Shown piece by piece: positions 19,829-30,497 of a stretch of DNA of 64,000 nucleotides (positions are counted from its first letter, which is position 1; each line of letters begins with the position of its first letter). The DNA lies in contig CBFFSA010000008.1 in NCBI GenBank assembly GCA_965644495.1, positions 372,001 to 436,000 of the forward strand, in the 5' to 3' direction. A program made the translations under genes and the position numbers. This stretch comes from Perkinsela sp. CCAP 1560/9. Taxonomy: Eukaryota > Protista > Euglenozoa: Kinetoplastea. The notes beneath the pieces are model-generated. The model made no database searches, had not been told where the DNA came from, and saw only the letters and a program-made list of their open reading frames with translations.

Positions 19829-20731
19829 TCAAAAAGATCTAACCGGGGTTTTCGCCAATGCTGATGGTCTTTCTACAATTTTAGGGTTACCACTGGATAC
19901 AGCTCGCTCGTTAGATGGTGTGTGTAAATATCTTTTTGAGAATGCGTTGAAGACGCATTGTACACATTCAGAAGACAACCGTAGCGTGGCCTGTATTATA
20001 GATATTAGTACGACAAAAAGTTCTTTAACTACTTCACAGAATGGTGATAAAAAGGTGCGACTGTGCGGAACCCAAGTTCTGTTACGCTCGCTTGAAGCGT
20101 TCCTTTCTTCAATGTGCCTTGTTTTGTATGCAAAGTCGGGAGTTGATGATTCATACGATGTGCGTTCTCTATTTTTTTCAACAAATATCATGTCCGCGCA
20201 AGGAACAATATTTACAAACTTTACACTGCCTTTAAGCGGTATGTACCCAGTAGCATCAATGGCACTAGCTGCGTGAAAATGAGTAGGAAAACGAATATGC
20301 ATAACATTCGACATGCTAGTGTGCAAAATGACCTCTTGAATTCTTCCGTATTCCGCCAGATGCGTAAGTACCATTGATGCGTCGTCCTGTTCTACACCAA
20401 AGACAGTGACCCACGAGGAGGCCTTCGCCAATTCTGGCGGAGTTTGTGAAGACACAAATCCACTTCGTTCCTCTACTAATTCAACGTCCCTTGGTCTGAG
20501 TGTCGTAGCATCATCGACACGAAACTGGCTTGTATGATAGTCATCATGGGGTTTGAGCTCCACGCCCCATCGTCGATGAGCCGTTCGCATAACGGATGCG
20601 GCGGGAGTCGATTGCTGCGTAACGGTTCGCAAAGGTTCGGCCGATGTTTCTTGTGTTTGCGAAATAGTTTCAGAGAAAAATTTGTTGCTGGACTTCCACT
20701 CGTTTCCCGCAGTGTAGTCGAACACTCCCAT
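19829..20731 (-). CDS. Nup35/Nup53-type RRM nucleoporin with C-terminal hydrophobic helix
   Basis: MPPN-type RRM signature WVTVFGV...LAEYGRI...SNVMHIRF...A, and C-terminal VVKELFVVLISIIQATL. Confidence 0.75.
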   Translation of the reverse strand: MGVFDYTAGNEWKSSNKFFSETISQTQETSAEPLRTVTQQSTPAASVMRTAHRRWGVELKPHDDYHTSQFRVDDATTLRPRDVELVEERSGFVSSQTPPELAKASSWVTVFGVEQDDASMVLTHLAEYGRIQEVILHTSMSNVMHIRFPTHFHAASAIDATGYIPLKGSVKFVNIVPCADMIFVEKNRERTSYESSTPDFAYKTRHIEERNASSERNRTWVPHSRTFLSPFCEVVKELFVVLISIIQATLRLSSECVQCVFNAFSKRYLHTPSNERAVSSGNPKIVERPSALAKTPVRSF

Positions 20732-21122
20732 TTTTGTTAGGAAAAGGTCTAAAAAAGTCAAAGTATACTACATCTAAGTTTATGTAAAAGTTTCGGTCTT
20801 TGGGTTAATATTAATGCGAACTGCCTTTGTACATGGCAATCAACTTTTAACTTTTTTTTATAATACATTAGTAGTTCATTCTACATGGCAACAACATTTG
20901 CGATAATTTTCAATTAAACATTTCGTTTATGTAGTTTATGATTCGGGCTATTTCAGAAAGGGGACACGACATTCCCTTTCTTGTAGAGTATTAAAGAAAA
21001 AGCTACTAAACGTTCAAAACAAACTTGCATTGCAGTAGAATATTGCGGGATGCTGCGTAATATCGAGGCGTTTCTACTCACGTTTGACCTCATTGTAGTG
21101 CATTCGACATTCCTCTATACAC

Positions 21123-21983
21123 TTAGGCCACTGGTTGCACTGCCTCTTCCACAACGAGACATCGAACATCTTCCCTTAGGACTGTTGTTGTTCCTGGGGT
21201 AAATTCTATGTGTCGTGCTGGCTCGTACATCTTCTTGTTAAAGTCCTTCACATTTCGCAACGTCACAACGGTACCATCGACACGTAACACACAAAGGTCG
21301 ATACAACTTCCCGATCCCAAATCATTGAATATCCCTGCCGCCACGGCATCGCCCACTAACGCTTTACATTTCTCTTCATCCATACCATCCTCATAACGGT
21401 TTTCCAACACAGCCATCGCCGCCAGACATCCGGAGCCCATACTCACGAACGGCAGTCGATCCGTGCTCCCATGCGGGGCTACCGTCCCTAAGTAAGGCCC
21501 CCGAACATCACACCCACCCAGCACCAGGGCCGCGCTCACATGTCCCTGGTACCGATACAAGTGGTTCTTTAGCCGATTCAGGCACGACAACACGCGACTT
21601 TGTCGTCCGCTCGACAAGCGCTGCAGCGTGAGCTTCGCAGCGACCAGCGCGGTGACCTTCTCCGTGTCCGCGGCAGTGCCTGCGCCACAGCACATAATGT
21701 TAGGGGCGATAAAGTGAATCTTCTCACAGTTCTTGTCAGCAACCAGCGGGCCGTTCGTGGCCCGGGTGTCGGCGCCGAGTACCACACCACCGGAGTAGAC
21801 TGCCCCGACGATGGTGGTTCCGGTTTTAGTAAATTTGGTGGCTAGGGAGGACGGGGAGATACCGGATCCCAGGGCTTCCTTTTTTAACAGTCGAGTGTTA
21901 CGTCGGGCGTTCTCGAAATTAAACGCATCCCACGTGGAGCGAGGTGTACGAGAAGACTTTTCCGCTGCGCTGTCGTGCAACAT
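21123..21983 (-). CDS. PSMB7: 20S proteasome subunit beta 2
   Basis: Propeptide then TKTG|TTIVG, GADTRAT, DKNCEKIH, GAGTAADTE, MGSG, GIFNDLGSGS. Confidence 0.96.
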   Translation of the reverse strand: MLHDSAAEKSSRTPRSTWDAFNFENARRNTRLLKKEALGSGISPSSLATKFTKTGTTIVGAVYSGGVVLGADTRATNGPLVADKNCEKIHFIAPNIMCCGAGTAADTEKVTALVAAKLTLQRLSSGRQSRVLSCLNRLKNHLYRYQGHVSAALVLGGCDVRGPYLGTVAPHGSTDRLPFVSMGSGCLAAMAVLENRYEDGMDEEKCKALVGDAVAAGIFNDLGSGSCIDLCVLRVDGTVVTLRNVKDFNKKMYEPARHIEFTPGTTTVLREDVRCLVVEEAVQPVA

Positions 21984-22114
21984 TGAAGTATAAGAAATAA
22001 AAAGAAAAGGAATCTATCTAAAAAGGGTCGCATGAAGCTCAGGTATTTGAATGTTGATTGCTTCGAAAATTTTATTTCCATTTCCCCCACCCCTCTATAA
22101 ACAAGGAATATACA

Positions 22115-22669
22115 CTATTTAAGAAACATATACCGAGGGAGTTTACCGGGTACATGGACTAGCACCTGTCCTTTTCTTGCCGCAACATACGCCTTGATGC
22201 GCATTGGAACAATACTCTCGTCTCGGCCGTCCCTTATTTCGAGTGACGCAACTGGAGAACTGATTCTGTTTGGAAACACAATTGGGAAGTGATCGCCTTC
22301 TGCGTAAACTTCAAGTGTCCAGGTACCACAGGAAAGTTCGCGATCCTTCAAATGGCTTCCGGCGACGTGGACAGATTCCCTCTGCCGTCTTGAGCTATAA
22401 AATTCGTACAATTGCACTTTGTGCTGCTTTAGGCCCAAAGCGGTATATTGAGCGGTTAGCAACACATCACCTGAAACAACGTAGGGGGGAATCGAGTTCG
22501 TCTTCGAGTTCTGATGGGTACTCGTATTAGAAAGTTTGTTGTAAAGGTATTGAGCATGTTGTGTAGTTGGTTTGTGGAGCGTGTTTAGCTTGTTTGCGTT
22601 AGAAACAAAAGAGTTCCAGTGATTTCCGTAGTTTACGTGAACAACTCCTGTAAGACGGAGACTCCTCAT
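22115..22669 (-). CDS. Hypothetical protein, possibly mitochondrial
   Basis: 184-aa ORF with ATG start, co-oriented with the cluster; N-terminus MRSLRLT. Confidence 0.6.
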   Translation of the reverse strand: MRSLRLTGVVHVNYGNHWNSFVSNANKLNTLHKPTTQHAQYLYNKLSNTSTHQNSKTNSIPPYVVSGDVLLTAQYTALGLKQHKVQLYEFYSSRRQRESVHVAGSHLKDRELSCGTWTLEVYAEGDHFPIVFPNRISSPVASLEIRDGRDESIVPMRIKAYVAARKGQVLVHVPGKLPRYMFLK

Positions 22670-22910
22670 AGACGTTACGACTCCAATACGTCAGTTTTGA
22701 AGTGAAGTTTACATGTGTTATAACAAAGAAATACCCAAGGAGCAATCAACCAATTTACATGAAAATGTAAATCGCCTAATATGCTTGAACAAAAGCTTAG
22801 TCTGGTATTAGGGTAATCTAGTTTTTTCTCAATTCTTCCCATTTTTAGTCTATCATGATACTCGCAGAATAAAATTTGTGTACTACGATCAGAATGATGC
22901 ACGTTCCGTT

Positions 22911-23828
22911 TCAAACTAGTCTAACAATCTCTTGGTCAGTTTCTGGACAATACACTTCGCATGCCAGATGACCAGACATGTTCTTGATGGTCGGACCCTG
23001 ATTCCCCGACTTAGTCATTTCTTGCTCTAATTTTGCCCGAAAGACATCCTTAAGGTAACCTCGCTCACTGGTGCCATGCTCCACAAGAACAACCGTAGTG
23101 CCTTGCTGTTGCATTGTCAACATGTTGTGATGAGACATCTCGCCCGTAATCACGCATGTTGCTTTTCCGGCAACAGCTTGTAGTACGGAATATCCACTTC
23201 CGGCACATATTCCGATTTTTCTCACAGAAGACTCTAAACTATGCTTGGGGGCAAGACATAGGCGAATGTTTTGGATTCCAAAGTGACGTTTAACAGCGAG
23301 TATTACAGCATGCAAAGAAATTTTTTTTTTCGAAAGTTTATTGGTGTAGCCAGTATGTTCTTGGGGTAACGTTAAAAGCATGCCTTGGCTAGGTTCGACC
23401 ACTATGGGTTCGTACACTGGCTTGCTTGACGACTCCGGGAGGGCAGCAGCAATGCCATGTGCGATCCACTCATTAATTCCTCCTGGTGCATTATCCAACG
23501 CGGTGTGTGGGGAGTAGATTGCAATGCCTTCTCGAGCGGCTCGTAATAAGGCTTCTTGCTTGGGGTCAACAGTCCGAATGCTTCGAAGCGGTGCGAAGAT
23601 AACTGGGTGGTAGCACACCAGAAAGTGTGTTTGTCGTCGCACACACTCCTCTACCACTTCACTGGTGAGATCTAGCACTATCGCGATTCGGTAGGGACGC
23701 GAAGAGGGAATGGATGTGCTGTCCAGTAGTAGTCCTACATTGTCCCACGTGGTATCGGCATAACGAAGTGGGGCAATCGTCTCCACGGCACGTACAACAT
23801 TTTGAATAAACGGATATGTGAGGTTCAT
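22911..23828 (-). CDS. NIF3: NIF3 / DUF34 family (GTP cyclohydrolase I type 2 homologue)
   Basis: WDNVGLL, CYHPVIF, IYSPHTALD, GICAGSG, ITGEMSHH, EHGTSER. Confidence 0.93.
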   Translation of the reverse strand: MNLTYPFIQNVVRAVETIAPLRYADTTWDNVGLLLDSTSIPSSRPYRIAIVLDLTSEVVEECVRRQTHFLVCYHPVIFAPLRSIRTVDPKQEALLRAAREGIAIYSPHTALDNAPGGINEWIAHGIAAALPESSSKPVYEPIVVEPSQGMLLTLPQEHTGYTNKLSKKKISLHAVILAVKRHFGIQNIRLCLAPKHSLESSVRKIGICAGSGYSVLQAVAGKATCVITGEMSHHNMLTMQQQGTTVVLVEHGTSERGYLKDVFRAKLEQEMTKSGNQGPTIKNMSGHLACEVYCPETDQEIVRLV

Positions 23829-24128
23829 TGGTTATGCAGAACTAACAAAACAGCGTTATGCAAATGATTGATATTCGAAATGGCAATTTTCAAAATTGAA
23901 TTTTCTTAAAATAGTAATGAACAATGCTTAAAATACATGTGTACGCTCGCTGGCACCCGAGGTCGTATCGAACTCCGCGTTGTCGATTTCCCTCTCTTTT
24001 ACTTTCTAAGCAATAACCCTCTCTCTAATAGGCCCATTTTAATAAATCTTCTAATAATCCCATTTTCTTCCTTTGTGCTAAATGCCCATAATATCAAAAG
24101 GATTTTATAGAGTGTGATTAAGAAAATT

Positions 24129-25961
24129 TTACCAAGGGATTTCCTTGTAATCCTTCCAAAATTTTCCATTCTCTGTGCTTTCTGTATAAACAAGATCCAG
24201 ACATCTCGCGGCTGCGTCAATTTCATCCAGCGGACATAACATATTTTCTCGAAGCCGATGCGCCCTTTTCTGTATAGGCGATTCATCAGTAATCCAACCT
24301 GTATCTATGCTATTCATATAAATATTGTCGTGGGCGTAATCTGCAGCCGATGTTCTGGTCATCATATTTAAGGCGGCTTTAGCCATATTCGTATGAGGAT
24401 GAGTTGTGAGCTTATGGCGATAAAACATGCCCTCCATAGCAGACACATTCACAATGTAGCGTTTTCCCTTTCCCCGTAAAAGTGATGGTTTTAACTTGGA
24501 GTTGATGATAAATGGAGCCAAGGCGTTAATTGCCATCACTTCCGCTGCCTCAGAACCCTTTACTTGATTTAATTTCAGGGTCCAAGAATTTTCCTTTCGT
24601 ACGTCAGTATATTCTTGAAATGCATCATACTGATCAAATTTAGGCTGGTTCTCATCAGAGTTTGATGCTCGAGTTATACAAGTGGAAGTTCCGCTACCGC
24701 CGGATACCAGAACCTCTGTGTCCGTTGTTGCATGCTGCTGAAGCAATGGCCATGAATCCTTTATTTCTCGCGTGCAGTCCTCAAGTCGTGCAATAGAATC
24801 TGAGGAATTCTCTTGGTAAAAACGATACCATTCTAAAACTCCCTTTCCTTGAAGTCGTCCATAAATAGTATCAAATATTTGATGCTCTTGGCTACGAAGA
24901 CCTTGTGAATACTGAGCTGGTCGCTGTATAGTTTGTGCAGCGTTGTTCATAATCAAATAAATTTCTGGAAATCGGTCTGTGATAAAAGAACAGAACTGTG
25001 TTACCATCCATAAATCTCGCATGTCAAGACAGAATAAATGCAGTCGGTCTTTCCATTCACTGTAGTCAGGCTCACTGGAAAATCTTATGTAGCTATCTGC
25101 CACGAAACGCGTTGTGCCTATGACTTCCGCCCCGTTCCGCAACAAGGAAAGAACAATTGCGTATCCTATCTTGATTCGACATCCTGTGACGAGACAAACT
25201 TTTTGACTCATGTCCCTCTGTTGAACTCTTTTTGCATAGTTGAATTCGGCACATGAGGGGCACAGACTATAGTAGAAATGGTGTAAGGTAGTATAGCGCT
25301 GCTTGCATATATGACACTTCTGCCAGCGATTCATTTCCCAGCTGCCATCTACTTCATCTCCAGCGTCCCCTTTCGGATTGTGTTCTTCGTTTTGAGTAGT
25401 TTCCAAATCATCCATTGGTTTACGCACATCCGGGGCAAGACTCGCTGCGCTTTCTAAAAGTTTAGTGTGATCTCCGACTTCCTCGAGCACAAGAGGATTT
25501 GCTGTCGAAAGCAGTTCTCTAAGAGCTTTATCCCTTTCTTGTTTCATTCCTGCGCGTTGAATACGTTGCCTGTCTTCTGCAAGCATTTGTCGCGCTTTTG
25601 CCTTTCGTTCCTGCTTCGTAAGTTTTGTCCATATAGAAAAATGTTTTCGCGAGCTTACTGTATCTCTGCTGATCATGGTATAGAGCCGTGTTTGGGCCAA
25701 ATATTGATCTCCTACGTACAATTCAGGATGCTCAGAAAGTATCCGCACTACTTTGCTCGTAATTTCAAGTTCAGAAAAAGTAAAACCCCATCTTTTTTCC
25801 CTTTCTTCCATCGTCATGGTTGATTGCTCTTGAAGCGTTGAGTCATCAAGCACCACAGGGCCACCATTTTGAATTCGCTTTTCCTTCAAGGTCTGTTTCG
25901 CATCGTAATTCGCACACAGCTCATTCAGATCTTCTTCAGAAATGCTAGGAAGTTCGTTCAT
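24129..25961 (-). CDS. Short-chain dehydrogenase/reductase with N-terminal Cys4 zinc-binding module
   Basis: CHICKQRYTTLHHFYYSLCPSC, VTGCRIKIG, NNAAQT, NVSAMEG, HPHTNMAKAALNMMTRT, DTGW. Confidence 0.88.
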   Translation of the reverse strand: MNELPSISEEDLNELCANYDAKQTLKEKRIQNGGPVVLDDSTLQEQSTMTMEEREKRWGFTFSELEITSKVVRILSEHPELYVGDQYLAQTRLYTMISRDTVSSRKHFSIWTKLTKQERKAKARQMLAEDRQRIQRAGMKQERDKALRELLSTANPLVLEEVGDHTKLLESAASLAPDVRKPMDDLETTQNEEHNPKGDAGDEVDGSWEMNRWQKCHICKQRYTTLHHFYYSLCPSCAEFNYAKRVQQRDMSQKVCLVTGCRIKIGYAIVLSLLRNGAEVIGTTRFVADSYIRFSSEPDYSEWKDRLHLFCLDMRDLWMVTQFCSFITDRFPEIYLIMNNAAQTIQRPAQYSQGLRSQEHQIFDTIYGRLQGKGVLEWYRFYQENSSDSIARLEDCTREIKDSWPLLQQHATTDTEVLVSGGSGTSTCITRASNSDENQPKFDQYDAFQEYTDVRKENSWTLKLNQVKGSEAAEVMAINALAPFIINSKLKPSLLRGKGKRYIVNVSAMEGMFYRHKLTTHPHTNMAKAALNMMTRTSAADYAHDNIYMNSIDTGWITDESPIQKRAHRLRENMLCPLDEIDAAARCLDLVYTESTENGKFWKDYKEIPW

Positions 25962-26250
25962 TTCACATGTGGAGCCTTTACTTCGAAAATATGATAAAGA
26001 AGAGAAGACAACACCACTGGCAATGGGCGATAGACGTGCTTTAAAGTAATTTCCCAAGCGATACAGCCAAACGTGAAAAATTGCCAGTGTTTCCTAAATA
26101 AACCCCCCACCCCCAATAGGATAGGGGGTACAAGCAAGGTCGTACGGTGGTGTGCGAAACAAAAATACATACGTGTAAATTTATGATGCCTACATAATAT
26201 CTTGTTGGTAGGCACCCAAAAATAGAATAGCAAACCCACACGAATGCAAA

Positions 26251-27426
26251 CTATTCTTTAGGATAGTAAACGTCCCAAAGCGTAAGCCCATGCGCTGGTG
26301 CCGGTTCTGGGCGAATTCGGTTTTGTTCTCTACCTGGTTGAAAACCTTTGCTAAGAAAGTACTCGATTTCAGTCAAACTCCAAGCTCCGTTCCCCACCAT
26401 CACCAAAGCGGCAACCATGTTTCTTAGTTGGCTCCTTAGAAATGACTTCCCGCTGATCCATATCAGAACCTCGTCTCCTTGTTTTGTCACTCTTATTTTT
26501 TCTACTGCTTTCACAGTATAAACTGTACCATGTCGGCGCAAACATCTCGTCACACGGTGATCCGCAAATCCACCAAAATCATGTTCGCCTTCCATCAGCA
26601 GGGCGGCTTTTTGCATTAGGGGAACGTCCAGCGCGCGGTCGACGTGCCACTGCATATTACCGTCGTCGAGGAGTGGGTAGGCTATACGATTCAGAATGCG
26701 ATACACGTATGTCCGCCTTAACACACTCCTGGCAGCGTGAAATCCTTCTTCGGCAGGAGAGAAGGATAAAATCGCAATCTCGTCCTCCCGTTTCTTTAAC
26801 CATGCTCGGCATCTTTGTAGGAAATTTCGAGGCGCAGGAAGGATGTGGTCAGCTGGAATATCGACATGACAGGTAAGCGAACGGCAGTGAATGCCCTGTT
26901 CCGGCACCGCTGAAGCCATTACGTCCACAGGCCCCAAGTCGCATGCAATACTAACTGTGTCCTCCACCGCTTCTTGGACCGTAGGAAGGGATGACTTAAG
27001 TTGTCGCCGTAGCCACCCATAGTATTTCGTACCTTTGTACTGAATCTCGAGCTTGTGTCGCGCATACCCCTCGGCAGGCTGTTGAGTTCCGGGGATAACA
27101 GGAACAATCTCTGGTGTGCTGCGAAGCAGAGGAAATACGTGAAAGGCGTCATCCACCACTAAGTCAGTAGCAGATATTGATGTTTCGGACGGCTGTGTAG
27201 GATGTTCTTCCTCTTTAAGGAGCTCTGATTCTTTTTGAGTATCCACGATACATGGAGCAGTATTTCTTGACGGCTTGTTAAAGAGTTTTTCAAGTCGAGT
27301 AGAGTTCTCTTCGTCTAGGTCATTCTTTGTTGCAATTTTGCCACCTTTCGACCCCTTAGTGCTGTATCTGCGGCAGAATTTGTTGTTGAAAGAGGTATTA
27401 AAAACTCTGCCACTCCCCGTTCTCAT
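26251..27426 (-). CDS. TruA-family pseudouridine synthase homologue, catalytic Asp apparently lost
   Basis: LEIQYKGTKYYGW, PTVQ, FHAARS...RTYVYRI, GEHDFGGF, GKSFLRSQLRNMV, APAHGLTL. The expected GRTDxGVH is replaced by SAVPEQGIH. Confidence 0.85.
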   Translation of the reverse strand: MRTGSGRVFNTSFNNKFCRRYSTKGSKGGKIATKNDLDEENSTRLEKLFNKPSRNTAPCIVDTQKESELLKEEEHPTQPSETSISATDLVVDDAFHVFPLLRSTPEIVPVIPGTQQPAEGYARHKLEIQYKGTKYYGWLRRQLKSSLPTVQEAVEDTVSIACDLGPVDVMASAVPEQGIHCRSLTCHVDIPADHILPAPRNFLQRCRAWLKKREDEIAILSFSPAEEGFHAARSVLRRTYVYRILNRIAYPLLDDGNMQWHVDRALDVPLMQKAALLMEGEHDFGGFADHRVTRCLRRHGTVYTVKAVEKIRVTKQGDEVLIWISGKSFLRSQLRNMVAALVMVGNGAWSLTEIEYFLSKGFQPGREQNRIRPEPAPAHGLTLWDVYYPKE

Positions 27427-28067
27427 AAAGTACCTCAAGCTGTCGGAGAATACATTGTACATGCAGGTAATGCAGATAGCAATAAGAATGCTTACCCAAT
27501 AAAGCAATAAGAATCCTTGCTTTACCAGACTAAAATTCTCTTCTCTTGTTATGATTTGTCTACAAAGTACGTAAAACTATTTCATATATCATGTAAATCT
27601 TTTATATTTATACGCTTCACGAATAATCTTCGCTAAAAGAATTGGCTTCCTCGTATACGCTTACCCTATGAGCGCATCCAAGAGAATAAATATAAATACA
27701 CAAAGACATAATTTACATATTTAAATCATAAATTAAGAGTGTCGCCTATGATAGTCGATACAAGATACCCATCACTCTAATCGCGTTCCACACTTTCTGT
27801 CAGTTTAACAGACACTTAATTTATAAATGCACATGTGTTTGGCCAACGAAAAGTCGGGTCTAAACGTGCAAGGCACAATGTATAGAAAGAAAACGTCAGT
27901 CACATAACTTCAGTATAGTCGAAAATCAAGCAAAACGTACACGCATCCGCACGGTACGTCTTGTGTGACGCAGGGAGAAGGAAAAATGTTTTTACACGAC
28001 AAAAACGCTAACGTGTATTTGGCGTCCATTTAAATCATTTATACATCCTACAAATCATTTGTGCATC

Positions 28068-28823
28068 CTACGCATCTGGAGCCTGTGAGCAAAAAAAGCT
28101 CTTTATGATATCGAGGACCTCATCTGCACATCGAGATTGAGACGCATCTTTTGGGTCACGTCGTGCCGCAAAGAAGCCGTGGTGCATCGTGTCAAACCGC
28201 TTCCAAATATTTTTCGATGAAAAGGGTTTTTTGGATAATATATCTTGAATATCTTTCATGGACGGCTCGTCCTTCGAGGTCAGCACACACAAAGGGGCGT
28301 TGCAAGTACGCGCATCGGTGACATCCAAAAATGACGGGTGCACGGCGGCGCATCCATGAAGAAAGCCGTCTCGCTGAGCACCCATCATTACTTTCGCTCC
28401 CCAACACATACCCAAGCCATACACAGTGCTTTCTCGTACACTATGCCTCTCACAATAATCCACCGCAGCAATGTACTTCGGCTTTGCATGCTCATACTTT
28501 CCGTTTTCCTCTATCCAATTCAAAAGAGGTTTAAAGTCTTCCAAAGGCCACGGTTCCATTGGCCAAGACTTTCCTTCAAAAAAATCAGGAACAACAACAG
28601 TGTAATTTGTGCATTGAGACAACCTGTCACATATTTGCAGCGTACAAGGATGATAGCCGAATATGTCGTATGTAACAACTATGGCCGCACTGCGCCCTTC
28701 TCCCGTCACATACATTTTTACCTCGTTGAATGTGATGAATTCACCAGCTAGTGCGTGGTCAGATTTCGAAACTGGAATCGGGCTAACATTCGTAGGACAA
28801 CATGGGTTTCCAGTGCCTGTCAT
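28068..28823 (-). CDS. Dienelactone hydrolase family protein
   Basis: YDIFG, VVPDFF, nucleophile elbow GMCWG, HPSF, HHGF. Confidence 0.92.
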   Translation of the reverse strand: MTGTGNPCCPTNVSPIPVSKSDHALAGEFITFNEVKMYVTGEGRSAAIVVTYDIFGYHPCTLQICDRLSQCTNYTVVVPDFFEGKSWPMEPWPLEDFKPLLNWIEENGKYEHAKPKYIAAVDYCERHSVRESTVYGLGMCWGAKVMMGAQRDGFLHGCAAVHPSFLDVTDARTCNAPLCVLTSKDEPSMKDIQDILSKKPFSSKNIWKRFDTMHHGFFAARRDPKDASQSRCADEVLDIIKSFFCSQAPDA

Positions 28824-29124
28824 TTTGCAAATATTGGTAAGTCTGCAGGAGATAATAATTACATGTATTAAAAATATATTTTGTGCGGCAGAATAAGCCT
28901 AGTCCAAGTTAATCATATAGTCCATCATATACGTATATTCCAAGTATAGTCCACGTATAGATTCGCACAGTACAAGTCTGACAAGATCCGATACCCTAGA
29001 ACGCAAGGCATTCATGACGTAGGAAAACAGCGTAAACAGTTCGTGCTTCGTAGCAATTATTTCATATCAATTAATCACAATACGAATGTTGTGAACCAAC
29101 AATATCCATGAATGGCCCATGCGC

Positions 29125-30234
29125 CTAACGCTGTTTATTATCATAGCCATCTCCAGTGACGACATTCCCAACCTCAATCGGCTGAGTAACAATAACTCTG
29201 CCACCGTCGACAGCTGCGTTTGGAGAATGATTTCTATCCATAAGTGATCTACGGGGAAACACACATAAGCCTTTCAAAATGCGCATTTCATTAGAGGCGA
29301 TTAGAGTGTACAGCCCCATGAAATCTTCCAAAAAGAATGTTGGTTGTCGGAGAGCCGCCGAGAGCTGGAGGGCAAGGGAGGATACCTCGTTAAAAGCTGT
29401 AACCGACTCGTATCGGAGTTTTCCATATAGCGGGGCTATTTCTGGAAGTGTCAGGGGATGACGCTCTCGAACCGTTGCTTGAGCGCAAATTCTTCCTAAA
29501 ATAAGGCATCGAAGGGCTACTGAAGAGTTCAAAAATGGGGCAACATTCGACTTCAGGTCCTGGGTGTTCGATGATATTGACGAAGGGTTTTGCATTCCGG
29601 CTATGCATTTCTCAACATAGGCCTCGTAGGGTTTATTTCCGCAAATAGGACCGTGATAGGTATTCTCCGCACTTTCGCGACAACTTGGAGAGCAGTAACG
29701 ATCCGAACATTCTGCTGGATTTCTCCGACAGCGGAGCACAGAGCCAGTACGGACTTGACGTGCGCAATTAGCACAAATCTGGTCTGATAAGGTAACTACA
29801 ATAGGATTTTCATGCCACAATACTTCGCCCGCTGCCCAGTATCGGGTGGCTACCCAACGAAGAGCACCGGAAGAACCTCTTTTTAGTTCAATTCCAGGTG
29901 GAAAATCAATGGATGTCGTATCCCCGAAGCAAGTAAGCTCTTCCTTACCATCCTTTGACTCAGGTAGAGTCGGAGGGCGTAAGGTCATGTTATTTCTTCG
30001 AAGGTATTCTACACTAGGATCAGCCAATTCCGGTAATTTCAAAAGGTTGCCTATGGCCACTGTTAGTTGCAGAAGTTCGGTCTCTTTGTGATTAATCGCG
30101 AGTCCCCTCATACAGTAGTCTGCAGCTAGAGAAGGATACCCTTTTGATGATAAGGTTTTAGCTCTTTGCACGCAGTGTTGCAGCCAATTTTGCTTGGCGA
30201 CTTGTCGTGCCGCGTTTAACTTAATTCTGACCAT
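29125..30234 (-). CDS. SMYD-like TPR/SET/MYND protein, divergent
   Basis: VATRYWAAGEVLWHENP, MYND-like CANC...C..C...YCSPSCR...H...C, degenerate DRNHSPNA. Confidence 0.7.
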   Translation of the reverse strand: MVRIKLNAARQVAKQNWLQHCVQRAKTLSSKGYPSLAADYCMRGLAINHKETELLQLTVAIGNLLKLPELADPSVEYLRRNNMTLRPPTLPESKDGKEELTCFGDTTSIDFPPGIELKRGSSGALRWVATRYWAAGEVLWHENPIVVTLSDQICANCARQVRTGSVLRCRRNPAECSDRYCSPSCRESAENTYHGPICGNKPYEAYVEKCIAGMQNPSSISSNTQDLKSNVAPFLNSSVALRCLILGRICAQATVRERHPLTLPEIAPLYGKLRYESVTAFNEVSSLALQLSAALRQPTFFLEDFMGLYTLIASNEMRILKGLCVFPRRSLMDRNHSPNAAVDGGRVIVTQPIEVGNVVTGDGYDNKQR

Positions 30235-30497
30235 AAAAGAGCCCTAGTTCGATATAAATAGTAGATAGAAAACTAGAAACCTTAGAATTCGAACTGTTTC
30301 CATGACGTATTCTAGAAAAATATATACAGTATAACTGTAAATGGGGTACGCGGAGTAAATATAATGTTACATTATCATCAGAGAAACGTATCTTCGGGAG
30401 TACCACTAGGCAATGAATCCACTCGTCTTGATTCTAAAATATGTGGGAAATATCAAACGAAGTCGACGCCTCTCCAAGCACTTTGACAAGAACAGAT

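Noticed and set aside
23950-23990. tRNA-like 3' end on the minus strand (gttcgat...gggtgcca)
   Set aside because: The T-stem does not pair and no cloverleaf can be built.
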